Below, piece after piece: positions 1-12,190 of a DNA stretch of 64,000 nucleotides. The stretch spans positions 6,352,522 through 6,416,521 of the forward strand of contig MU058781.1 of the NCBI GenBank assembly GCA_013265495.1. Direction: 5' to 3'. The notes under the pieces were generated by a model that saw only the letters and a program-made list of their open reading frames with translations, made no database searches and was not told the origin of the DNA. The position numbers and the translations under genes are program-made. The first letter of the stretch is position 1, and each line of letters opens with the position of its first letter. The stretch comes from Vicugna vicugna (lineage: Eukaryota).

Positions 1-399
1 AAGGTTCTGTCTTTTTCTATTTTTCTCCTGCTTTGGTGGAGCTATGAATTATGTTGCAGGCACTGAGCATCTTGAAATAGTAGTTACTAAGACAACGTCT
101 TGGATTAAGAATTAATTGGACTTTAAAAAATTCTCCTGTATGCACAAACACATCAGCACTGTGCTTCTCACTTTGTCTTGGCACACGTCTTCCTAAGAGG
201 AGACCATAGTTTTTAGATTCTGAGGGTTAACGTTTTCACACCTCCATAAGTAAGTAGAATCCTTTTAACATGATAGAGGATCTTCTTCCCAAGGGAACAC
301 TGCTCACTACACATAAGAGTCATATTATATGTTTAGTAGGTCTCCAGGCTGGCTTCCACCAAATTACAGTAAATAGCTACTATTTTTTAAAAGCTGATT

Positions 400-870
400 C
401 CAGGGTTCCCATGATTATTTGTCAATGCTGCCTAGACTTGTTTACTATTCGCTTTTCTTAATTTCTTTGCATCTATACTTCTCTTGAGTTCTCTGAACAT
501 CTTCACCATCATCATTTTAAACTTTCTCAGATAAATTGCCTATTTCCTCATCACTTATTTCTTCTTCTGGGATTTTCTCTTGTATCTTGTCCTGGAGGAT
601 ATTCCTCTGCCACCTGATTTTGTCTGTCTTTCATTTTGTGTTTTTAGATGGGCTAGTTATGATTCTCCACCTCGGAGAAGTGGCCCTCTGTGGGAGGTGT
701 CCTTTGAGTCCCAACAGTACACTCCTCTCTTGTCGCCCAAGGGGCAGGGTCGAGCTGGTTCCGGGGTAGAGTCTGGCCTGTGTTTGTGGATTCCTTCCAC
801 AGGCTTGGGGCTATTGTTTTCTTATGTCTGGTATCTGCCCCCTCTGCTTTTCTTAATTTCTTATTGTGAG
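400..870 (-). mobile_element. Old L1 5'/ORF1-region fragment
   Basis: TTCTCTGAACATCTTCACCATCATCATTTTAAAC...ATTGCCTATTTCC is characteristic antisense L1 ORF1-proximal text. Confidence 0.55.
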
Positions 871-3840
871 CACATGAATTTCCTCTCAAGCGGTAAATTA
901 GGCGTCTTGAATTTGCGCTATGTAAGAACCGGCAGGTGCTACTGATGATATGGACTAAGGATTCCAGCAGAATGTTTCTGTTCCCTATGAAGTATAAGCC
1001 TCCCTGCAGACACAGAAGGTTAGGGGCGGAAGGCAGTGTAAAGAACCCACAACTCAACCTACTTGTGTTATTCATAGAGAATCAAAGCACAGATGAGCTA
1101 AGTCACTTGCCCAGGACCGTAAGCTAGTGGCAGAGGTAAAATGAAGTCCCAGGTCTTCATAAGCTTGAAACTCCTTCGCATCATTTTATGCAGATAATAT
1201 GCCAATGTTTCCTCTCCCCATCAGCTTCATTCTCTGCCTCTGGGCGGAGTGTCTGGCACTGTACTGAGTGCTAGGGATACAAAAGGGATCATTGGGATAT
1301 GACCTTGCCCTTAAAGGGCTCATAATATTTAGAGTCTTTGAGAGGAATGAGAAAAATAGGAAAGCCCTGATTTAAGTAGCGTCATTTCTGCCCGTGTGAG
1401 AGAGAGAACAGAATGATGGTGGTGATTTACATTAAATGAACCCTCTTCTCTTACTGATTCTGTCTTCTCTAAACAGTCTTTCTCCAAAAGCCATATAATG
1501 GCTTTGTGTCCAGCAAAATGAGAAAAGAACTCTTGGCCCAGCTGTTTACCTCTTTGGGCATCTCAATGTCTTTATCTATAAATAAGGGTGATGACAGTGC
1601 TGTGACAGTAGTAACACAGAACCTCTAATGCGTACATTAAGGAGAGAACTTACTATACACCAGGTGGCCTTCAGAGGATCTGATTTCCCTCTTATATTTA
1701 TCCTGCCCAGTTTTTCCTCCCTCCAACAATTTGCCTTTCAAGGCTACAAGAAAGTTTTCCTCAATAGCCTTCCTTTTATGCTTCTTGGATCTGGTGACTC
1801 CCAAAGTTGTTCGCAAAGCAAAATCCTTAGAAATTTGCGAGAGTGGCATGTGGGGTAGGGGTAGGGGTGATGACAGTAGGATTAGGGAGAGGGGAAGAAA
1901 GTTGTAGCAGAAGCCACTGCAGGCTCCTCAGCCACGGTTGAAGTGTGACTGCCAGCTCTTCAATCCAGGCCCACTCTAGAGCAGACAACTGAATAAAGAG
2001 CCTTCAGCCCCAGTGTTCAGGATTTCCACTCCATCCCCACTTCTCACCCCCTGCCGTGGGCGTACCAACGGGGGATAGTTTAGCATGATTTAGGCAAACG
2101 TCATTCTCTCCACTGGGAGGGCTGGAATTCTCCTAGGTTATTTTTTTTTAATTATTATAAAATAATGATGGTTTTCTTCATAGTAAAAAGAATCCATGTC
2201 ATTTTTTTAAAATCAGAAAAAGAAAAATATTGAAATATAAACACTTAATACTTTGAAACGTCACCAATTTTAAACAGAAGCATGGCAGGGAATTGTTGAA
2301 AAAAAGGTTTGATGGATGAGTATCAATATTTCACCACTGTTTTAGGAAAAATGCTTTTCTTGGCTTAAGCTTTAAAGTGTCACAATAATAATAAATATAT
2401 TCAGAGAATTCATTTGCATCATTTCAGTATCTTGATTGGTATGTGTATTATTATGTATATTTAGTATACTGTGCATATTTTGTGCCCATAAATTTGGGAA
2501 ACATAAGTGAATATACATTATGTCAAGGACATCCTTGATCTGGAATAGTAATAAATTAATATCTAGTACTCTATGCTTTCTGGACATTGTGGAATACAAA
2601 AATAAATGCCCTCAAAGAGCTCAGACTCTGGTTGGGGAAACAACCATTTCATTGCTGCCAGAAACTGACCTCATTGTTTTGCTAGCAGCTACTGACTGTG
2701 GTCCAACATTCTAAAAAAAGACATCCCAACTCACAAATCAACTCCAAATTATGGGAGAAATACAGTTTCACACTTACCTCCAGGTCTGTTGTCTTCTTGT
2801 TCTATCTCTGGTTGCTACCCCATCTACCGCCTACTCAAGGAGAGGTGTAGCGTTGCCGAAACTTTGTCCTACTCACACATTAAAATGTAGGATTGAGGGC
2901 ATCACCCACGTGGGTCAAACCATTTGGGCTGTACAATTTTTAGACTATTCATAGAAATGCTTGCCCTGAATTACCTAAATATCTACTTTTGATTCTTTCA
3001 TTAATTTTATGAGGGTACTCATAGGATAAGACTGAGTCATACTCAGAAGAATGTTTGTTTATCTACTGATCGGGTACACCAGAAAAGGGAGCCATATTTA
3101 TCCAAATCTGAGTTGCTTGGCAACTGCATCAGCTTTCCATTCTAGTTAACCGGCTGTGGATGGAGCTGTCGGAGTCCAACGATGGAGCTAACACTCACAT
3201 ATTCACAGGAGGCCTAGTGCTCAGGCCAGCCTGAGCTATGATCTCAATAGAATCAATGCTCCTGGCATTTATAAGATAATAAGCTCCCAGATTTGAAAGG
3301 GGCCCCAAATGCTGTTTAATCTAAGTACCATCCTGTCTGTAACTTCACTGCTGAGCTCTGGACCAACCGCTGCAAGAACATCTGCCAAATTCAGTGAACT
3401 ATTAAACTCAAAACTTTTTTCAACAATGCATTAGCATGCTTGAGGTTAAACAGATGGTGAGATTTCCAAATAATAACAGTGTTTATGTTTCAACATTTTT
3501 TGCTCTCTGATGTTTTTTAGAAGGACACACATTCTACAATGAAGAAAACCATTATTGTTTATCCCATCTTTGGACAGTTTTTAACCCATAAAAATTCTTC
3601 CTTAGACTGAGACAAAAATCTCTGTATTAATTCTCCCTGTTAAAGACAGTTTACCTGTTGGTGCTTTAGAGATCAAATCTAATTTCTTTCCCATATGACA
3701 GCCTAGCAACATTTTATCCTCATCTACATTTTTCCTCCAGGCTAAATTTTCCTTTTCTTTAATTAAACCTCATACACATAGTACCATATCCCTTCATGAT
3801 CTGGATCACTCATCTCTAAACTTAAGCTAGTTTTCATATA

Positions 3841-4430
3841 TTTTTTTAATTGAAGTATAGTCAGTTTACAGTGTTGTTTCCATTTTTTTCGTGTACAGCA
3901 TAATGTTTCAGTCAGACATATACATATATATTCCTTTCCATTTTCTTTTTCATTGTAGGTTACTACAAAATATTGAATATAGTTGCCTGCGCTATACAAC
4001 ATAAACTTGTTGTTTATCTATTTTATGTATAATAGTTAATATCTGCCAATCTTGAACTCCCATTTTACCCCTTCCCGCCCTCTTTCCCCATCATCTAACA
4101 CCACTCAGAATGGCCATCATTAAAAAGTCCACAAATAATAAATGCTGGAGAGGGTGTGGAGAAAAAGGAACCCTCCAACACTGTTGGTGGGAATGTGATT
4201 TGTTGCAGTCACTATGGAAAACAGTATGGAGATTCTTAAAAAACTAAAAATAGACTTACCACATGATCCAGCAATCCCACTCCTAGGCATATATCTGGAG
4301 AAAACTCTAATTCGAAAAGATACATGCACCTCAGTGTTCATAGCAGCACTATTTACAATAGCCAAGACATGGAAACAGCTTAAATGTCCAATGACAGATG
4401 ACTGGATAAAGAAATTGTGGTATATATAAA
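3841..4430 (-). mobile_element. LINE-1 with 5' inversion (3' UTR on -, ORF2 fragment on +)
   Basis: 3841-~4090 is the reverse complement of an L1 3' UTR (TTTTTTAATTGAAGTATAGTCAGTTTACA). ~4100-4428 is sense ORF2 end ([20 protein letters not shown]...WIKKLWYI). Confidence 0.85.
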
Positions 4431-6189
4431 CAAAGTCTCTTCTGTTATATTCATATGTTTTTTTTTTTTTGGATCCAAATGCAAGGCCTTAAATTTACCT
4501 GGCAAATCTCATCTCATTTAATTCTCTCCCTCAAGTTAATCAGTCAAAATCTCCTGAGTCTTCCCTCCAATATATCCCTTCTTTCAGTTTGGTGTGTCAT
4601 ACAAATATATGATGAACCGCACTGTTTATACTCTTACCCAAGTAGATGACAAAAATGCTTCATGGATTTACTCATGGTAAATCCTGAAACCCATCACCAG
4701 ACTGACAGTGATCCATTAATCTACCTTTGATTATAGTTGTTGAAGCAGTTGCTAATCCTCACCTCTAGCCCATAATCCTCTCTTTATGAAGAACATACCA
4801 TGAAAAATCTTGTCAAATGCTTTCCAGGAACCAGTAGGTGAGAACTAAGATATACTGGCCACCTCCTGCCTTCAAGTAGTTTCTATTACCTCATTTAACA
4901 CATTTATTTATTTAACAAATATTTATTGAGCATCTATTACATGCCAGGTGTTGTTCTAGACTCTGGGGATATACAGCAAAACAAGGTTTTTTGTATTATC
5001 GTAAATACAAGAATTATCCTTGTTTTGCAGAGTAGGAAAGTGAGGCCCAGAGGTGTGAACTAATTCCCAAAGTGAACATATGACAGCATCAGAGCCAGGA
5101 TGCAGTCCTATTTTGACCGTGTAAATGTCTCTTTCACTGCTGGAGGCTATCTCTGAAATCCACATGCTCTGTAGCTACCTAGCTCTCAACACTTCAATTT
5201 CTTCACTTTTTTCTTTTTTTGCATTCTGTGCATAATGGTTTCCTTTATATGAAAACTCCTGTCTATAGAGTCTATACCTTAACCCTAAGGAGTGACTAAT
5301 GGTGGGAATCATAGGCATCACAGTAAACTGATAGGGAAAATGTTTAGGACAATCAGGCTATTCGTTTATAAGGAATGACTAGCTTTCTGTGTTTTTCTTG
5401 CAGCTCATTTTCTGGTTCTATTATCCTCTTAACATAGATCCACCTCTTGTAAAAATTAAGGAAAGTGCCTGGTGGAGGAGGGCAGATAGGCAGGCTGAAG
5501 CACACCTAATCTTATACTTGTAAGTAATAAAATGTGGTTCAGTTATGGTGAGTTATTGACTACATCATAGCCCCAAGTCATGTCTTGGAAAACACAGTGA
5601 GGGTTGAGGATGTTCAGTGCTAGTTCTCAGTTCCCAAAGAAAACACTAATGTTGCGTTTAATGCAAAAGATACCAGCAAAGTAGTTCAGAATCTCTTATA
5701 TTTGCCTTCATTCGTTTAGATAGCAAATTTAAGTCCATGGTCTTAATCTTTCACAAATATCCTTTTTTCTCCTAATAAAATTATAGTGAACTAGACTTTT
5801 ATTGAAAAAGTAGTAACTGAAACTGGATTAATTTTTTTAGAACTTTTTTTAGAACAAAACATTTTTTGTAGAACAAAAGGGTATATAATAAAAAAAGAAA
5901 CCTCTCAAATTCCTAAGTCTCTCTGCCACTCAGAAACAATCGTTGATTATAGTTACCTCTGTGTTCTTCCAGACCTCATCGTGTGTGTGTGTGTCTTTTT
6001 TTATTGGTGCTATTCCCGTAAAAGACAGGGGAACTTGCCTGGTTCTTTTTAATACTTACATTGTATACTCCTGTATAACTGTACTGTATCTGATTTAACC
6101 AGCCATCCTATGGATGGACATTTAACTTGTTTCTAGCCTTCACAATTAAGAGCAATTATCCTAACATAATTAATTCAAAATATATAACA

Positions 6190-6400
6190 TGTACCAAATG
6201 CCAAGCTGTGTTCTAAGCACTTTACAAAAGTGAGCTCATAATTTTTAAAATGACCCATTGAAGCAGGCATTGGTACCATTATCCCTGCTTTACAGATGAG
6301 GAAACTGAGAATAGAGCAATGAAGTGACTTGTCCTAGGTCACAAGGCTGTAAGAGCCAAAGCTGGAATTCAAATCCAGACCGTTCTGGATCAGGAATCTG
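6190..6400 (-). mobile_element. MIR SINE
   Basis: Core TTTACAGATGAGGAAACTGAG...AAGTGACTTGTCCTAGGTCACA...GGAATTCAAATCCAG. Weaker MIR relics also at ~1070-1160, ~5020-5120 and ~56545-56735. Confidence 0.8.
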
Positions 6401-7871
6401 TCCTAACCTTTGATGGGCTTTAATTCCCTATCACTGCTGCAGCTCAATTGTCTATTCATGAAGTAGATTGGTTGCTAGGCATAAGGAATGAAAGATGTTT
6501 TTAGTAGCCAGAATTAGCATGTGAGGAAAAAAACCGAGAAGAGAAAAAAATAGATGACAAAATGCATTGAGAGCTGCTTCCATTCTACTCTACCACGCTC
6601 ATTCCCAGCAAGCTCTGCAAAGCTTTTTGAAAGGCAGACAGACCAAACCCTTCTAAGTGAAAAATTCCCCTGCAAGTATCAGTCACTTCAACCAGGCACA
6701 TTGAAGGAGTGGAGGTGACAGACAAAGATCATTAGCTTTTAAATCCTGCAGGAAAATAGTATGGACATATTTAATGCAATTTTATACAAATCTTCATTGG
6801 GGTGCACAATTTTAAGTTAAGGGTAAACAATCTGATCTAGGCTTATTTTTAAAAGAAGACTTTGTCTCAGGAAATCTTTTTATCAGAGCAACAATTATAG
6901 CTTCTCCCCAGAAGAGAAGCAATTTTGTTGTTCTGAAAAGCTCAAAAGCCAAAAGGCACTCAATTCTTTTTCCCTGATGCAATGCAATTGGTTCTTTGGT
7001 GCCAATTTTTGTACTTCTTAAAGATGCCTTTGCATGCTGCCGGTAGTAATACTATTTGAGTCTCAAAAGTTAATGCTTTGTACTTTGTCAGCACTTTGGG
7101 TTTTAAACTTGACAAACTCCATCCCCTTGTTCTCAAGTGGTAAATATAAAAAATAACTGCCAGTTTCTTTCAGTACGTACGACGCTAATTAGTTCACTGC
7201 TCTAATTTTACTTCTGGCCTTTGGTACAGCTGAGGCTTTGCTGGTATATTAGTAATGACATAAATGTTTGCACATCTTTGAAAGTCTGAGAGTGTGAATC
7301 ACCTTGAGAGAAATACCTTGATCGGGACACGAGAGCTACATCTGAACCATTTCTTTACTGTTGTTATTGGTGGCTGAAATGCAATTTGAACTTCAGGATG
7401 AAAAAATTATAGAGAATGAGTGAAGAGAGAGAGTTCATGCAAAGTATATGCAACTCTTGGCAGTCAAAAGAGAAAAATTCAGAAAAGTAATGGCTTATCG
7501 GAGAGATACGAATTAATTTGGTGATCTAATAAAAGAAATTAGATAACATTTTCCAAGATTCAGAAGAATTTACAAATAAATTTATGAAATATTGAAAATC
7601 TTTGAAATGCTTCTCTAGTTTCCTATGATAACCCCAGAGGCCAGACCCACCAAAGATTAAGTCTATCGCTTCCCCCTCTTCCAGCTCCCAGTACTGGTGC
7701 TCCCCTGTCTCTGTTATCTCCCCTCCCCTCTAGCATGATCTCATTCCTTCTAGAAGGACTGTGAGCTCTCAATAGCCATTTTAATCTTCCGCTTCTGTTA
7801 CCTACTCTCCCGAGTCAGTCCCCAGTAAGAGTCCTTCTGCCTGGTGGCTTTGGAGCCAATAGAACAAGATC

Positions 7872-8200
7872 GAGTTGGGTGGGAATGGACAGACGGGGAG
7901 TTCGAAATTTGTAGATACTGACAGGTCTATATAGAATAGATAAACAAGATTATACTGTATAGCACAAGGGAAATATATACAAGATCTTGCGGTAGCTCAC
8001 GGTGAAAAAGAATGTGACAATGAATATATGTATGTTCATGTATAACTGAGAAATTGTGCTCTTCACTGGAAATGGACATGACATTGAACAACACTGACTA
8101 TAACTCAATAAAATAAAATAAAATAAAATAAAATAAAATAAAATAAAATAAAGAATAATGGCAAAAAATAAAAAAAAAACCCAAATTAAAAAAAAGGCAA
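7872..8200 (+). mobile_element. Short LINE-1 3' end with (AAAAT)n tail
   Basis: Homologous to the 3' UTR of the L1 at 31738-32060 (GATAAACAAGATTATACTGTATAGCACA...CTGACTATAACTCAATAAA), followed by an AAAAT repeat at ~8108-8150 and A-runs. Confidence 0.88.
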
Positions 8201-8209
8201 AGTAATTAT

Positions 8210-8570
8210 TCTTCGCGGGCAGTGGAGAGGCGGGCGCGCCCGCCCTAGGGCGCATGCTCTCCAGGACAGGCGGTGGGCGGGGCTGCTGTAGAGGGAGCCG
8301 TGCCCGGGTGAGGGGGAGGGGCCTGCTGCCCACCGTCCAGATCCCAGTGCGCGCCCCGCCTCTGCGCACCGCCCGCCTCTGCGCACCGCCCGCCATCTTG
8401 AACCCAGCCGCTGTGTGGAGCACTTTTACACACAACGTGCGGGACGGAAGTGTCGCCCCGGCACTTTGCACCGGGAACTCTGAAGTGCTGGGTGCGAGGC
8501 CTCTGCACGCAGTACCCTGTGAGCAAGCGCAGCTAGATTGAGCACAAAGGAAAAGAGAAGAGAAAAGGTT
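8210..8570. promoter_or_regulatory. Orphan CpG island with promoter-type motifs (YY1, ETS, NRF1-like, GC boxes)
   Basis: CpG-dense ~350 bp with CCGCCATCTT (8390-8399), ACGGAAGTG (8444-8452), GCGCATGC (8250-8257) and several GGGCGG/CCGCCC boxes. No recognisable protein-coding exon attached. Confidence 0.65.
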
Positions 8571-11420
8571 AGACTTTATTTTATTATCCAGATTTTATTT
8601 TTATTTCTGGAGAATTGTTCATGGGCTTTGCGGGTGACACTTCTGCAAGTAAAAGATGAATTTTTACCATCCAAAAAATAGATGCAAACTACTGTTCTGT
8701 TTGGAATGAAATCAAATCTGACTAGGCTACATCTGCATCAGAGATACTGAGAACTTTAGACAACCGTGGGGATAGCTGTGTTTGATTTTATATCCTCTAT
8801 GTGGGGGAAAAAACTGTGAAAGCTTTTGAAATGTGCGGAAAGATTACTGGGTGTTTTCAACGGAAAACTGTGTTCAGCTTAGAGCACACTCTTCTGGATT
8901 ATCTGGTTCTACAGGGCTCGTGTCTTTTATTGTCTTTGAGCTATTTGAGAACTCTATAATTTGTAGGTGATCCATGCAATGCAAGTATTTTATGTCAATT
9001 AAACCTGCAAATAAATTGTCTGGAGAAGAGACAGTTGCTTACTCTCCCCTACCCTGCAGACATAGCCCATTTTTGCATCTGTTTGCAAATTTATTTAATT
9101 ATCTTCCTATGCCTCTCTACCTTTTTAAATTCTTCTTGAAACCAGCTGTAGCATCTTATTGGTTCCCTTATTAATTAATGAGTTAAACTCTGATATTTAT
9201 TTCAGATGTACTATGTAAAAGGCATGCTTTTCTTTTATGAAAATTATTTTTAAGGATTTAACAAATTGGCTATGTATTATGATTTAATTAACTTTTTAAA
9301 TTACTCACGCCATCACTTCATTTTGTAGAGAACCTCTAGGTTCCCTTTCCCAAAAACAGAATATGGAAATACGGATATTTCCCCCTAGCTCTGCTCATCA
9401 TCCTTATCTTGAAGTAAATTTTTTATAATAATTTCATAAGATTTGTTTTCCTTATAAATGTTTCATTCCTTGACTTCCTTGAGGCCTTAAGTCAGGAAAA
9501 TTCATCAAAGGAGAGACATTTTGGCTAATTCTGTTAGTGGAATAGGTTTCCTTTTTTCCCCCCATTCCTTGCTTTTGGATACTTATTTTAATAGATACTT
9601 TTTATATCAGTGCTATCTTTATTTTTCTCTTTTTATTTTATGATGTCTAAGCCTACAGAGCCAGTGGAATGCAGCTAATATTTATGTAGAAAGTATGTTT
9701 GTGACAGGGTCCAAATTCAAGAAATGCCCCCAAGGAGGTCTTTAAGTTATATCGGTCTTACACAATTTATTCAGAATCTCCTGGTGCATAGATTAATGCT
9801 GAGAGTATTGGATATTTTAGAAAGTAGAATCCCTAGCTTCTGTGAAATCTTTTAATAAACGAGTGTCACAGTTCTTTCAGCAATAATTACTGAGGTCTTA
9901 TATATTGTGATAACCACATGCACGTCTGCCCTCACCCCGAAGGTACTAAAAAGGAAATACATATTTTTTTTCATTGAACTTGATTTGAGTAAGAAACTTC
10001 CTTTAAAATTGCAGTCAGTATATCTTTGAAATAAGTGGTAACATTTGGGGGTATTTCTATAGTATTTGAGTATCGGGAGTAGACAGAACTCCACCTGTTT
10101 GTAGTGACAGAATTTTATTAACAACTTAGAAGTATTCTTATGGAACCTACAGCTAAAGGGTCATAGAAGGGAGAGAGGCAAGGAAGACTAGGAAGGTTAG
10201 TTAATAGTGAACCATGGCACTCCTTGCATCCAGAGCAATCTCTTACAAGGGTTGAGAAATGAGTTTATTTTTTCCTCTTACTCTTTCAAAAAGCTAGAAA
10301 TAGAAATTGTTGTCAACTCTGACCCTTAAGCTTCCCAGGAAACAGTATTCATAGGAACAAATAGACCCAAAGTGCTACTTATGTGTATAGATAAGGCAAT
10401 TTTGTTTTAGTTTTATATTTACTAATGCCATAGATGACACTTTCTGTATTACTCTTTACTTGACAGCAAAGTGATGCTTTGCATAAAATGTCCTCGGTCC
10501 TGCTCAGTCCCTTTCTGATCCTCCCAATAGTTCTGCTGCTCACCTGTGGGAAGTATAGGGTGGTATTTAAGAGTCAAGCCAGATCCTACCATTTATTCAA
10601 TCGTTTATTCAATCCCCACCCTGGAAAATGACAAAAATGATACCTAAGAGGACTGCTTTGAAGATTGAGAAAATTGATGTGTGCAAAACATGGTACCTGG
10701 GAGGCAGTAGGCATTCAATAAACATTTACTAGCAGTGTAAAGGTCAACAATTGACTCAAAAACTGGTATAGACAAAGGCAATAACTGAGGAACAATTCAC
10801 TCCAGTTAACACGACTCTTCCCTCTTTCTCACAAAACAGGAAGCAGAGGGGAGCTCTCTGCCTTGAGACAAGGTGGGACGTAGAAGGCAGAGGGGGCAAA
10901 CCACCCCCAAGTACCAACCAACAAAAGGAACTAGGAGTTCCTAGAGCATTTGTTAAAGGATCTCCTGAGGCAGTAGTTCTGCACGGTGGCACATGTATTT
11001 CTGATGGCTCTTCAGTATCCTCCAGATGGTCTTTGAACTTCCCTGTGTATAGATAAGGCACAAATCATACTTTAAGAGAGCACCTCACTGCTGTAATAAA
11101 ATTCAGGTCTCCCAACCCTGATTAATTATGCTCAGAAAATGGAGGCAACTAGCAGATGCATTTGTTAAATAACTGTCAATTGTCCTTTAAAAATCTTGGA
11201 GAATAAAAGACATGCCAAAAGACTAGAGAAGGGAAAAAATTATCTTCATATTTACAAATGGTCTATCCTGTGAATTACCAATTTATGTCTTTTGTAGAGA
11301 TCCCAGCAAAATTCTAGGGAGCATTATTAAATAAGTAGTTTTTAAGTACTTGGAGGTTAAGGAGAAAGGGCAAAAATTTAAAAGGCCAATGATATTTTAG
11401 GGAGGAAAAGAATATATAGA

Positions 11421-11575
11421 GCAGTTCTTACCAAACTTTAATGACCATGTAAATCACCTGGGAATCTTGCTGGCAGATTCTGATTCAGTGGGTCTCATGG
11501 GACTTGAAAGTCTACATTTCTAACAGGCTCCCAGAAGACGCCAATTCTGCTTGTCACAGGGCCACACTTTGCATG
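11421..11575. mobile_element. MER5-like hAT-Charlie MITE
   Basis: AATCACCTGGGAATCTTG...GCAGATTCTGATTCAGTGGGTCT...CATTTCTAACAGGCTCCCAG...CCACACTTTG. Confidence 0.75.
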
Positions 11576-12190
11576 TAGAGTCCTATTATATGCTCCTGAA
11601 AGAAATATAAATTGGAAAAAAGTGTGTAGTATTCATTAGGATATAAAAATGTGCATGTCTTTTAATATAGTAATTCCATTTCTGGGACTCTATACCGTAT
11701 GAATTCTTTCTCACTTGTTTGAAGGTAAATGAAGCATTGTTTATAAAGGCAAAAATTTGGCCACAAAAAAAATGTCCAACAATAGGGGAGTAGTAAATTG
11801 TGGTAAACTGAGGACTATCTTGAAGCTATTAAAGACAATGTGTACTGTCATGGAAGATCCTCAGTTACTTTATCAAATGAGATAATATGGAGCAGTATCC
11901 AGTATATATTTTTAAGGGAGAAATATAAATACATATATCAGTACATATACATGTAAATATATAAGAAAGTATCCAGAAGGATCAATATCAATTTCACAGT
12001 GGCTTCCCCTGAGTGGGACTAGACTAGGGGAGTGAAAAGGAAACTTCCACTTTTCAGTCTTTTTCCTTCTATATATTATACACTTTAACAAAGAGAACTA
12101 ACTCATTTACAACTGTGTGACGTTTTTTAATAGAAAAGCAATAAATGGCCAATGGAATGGCCATGGGTTCATTAGGAATATGTTTATGAA

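Noticed and set aside
7950..8471. 173-aa minus-strand ORF across the orphan CpG island
   Set aside because: Its C-terminal half is translated L1 tail and (TTTTA)n repeat (FILFYFILF), the rest is GC-driven low complexity, and it resembles no protein I know.
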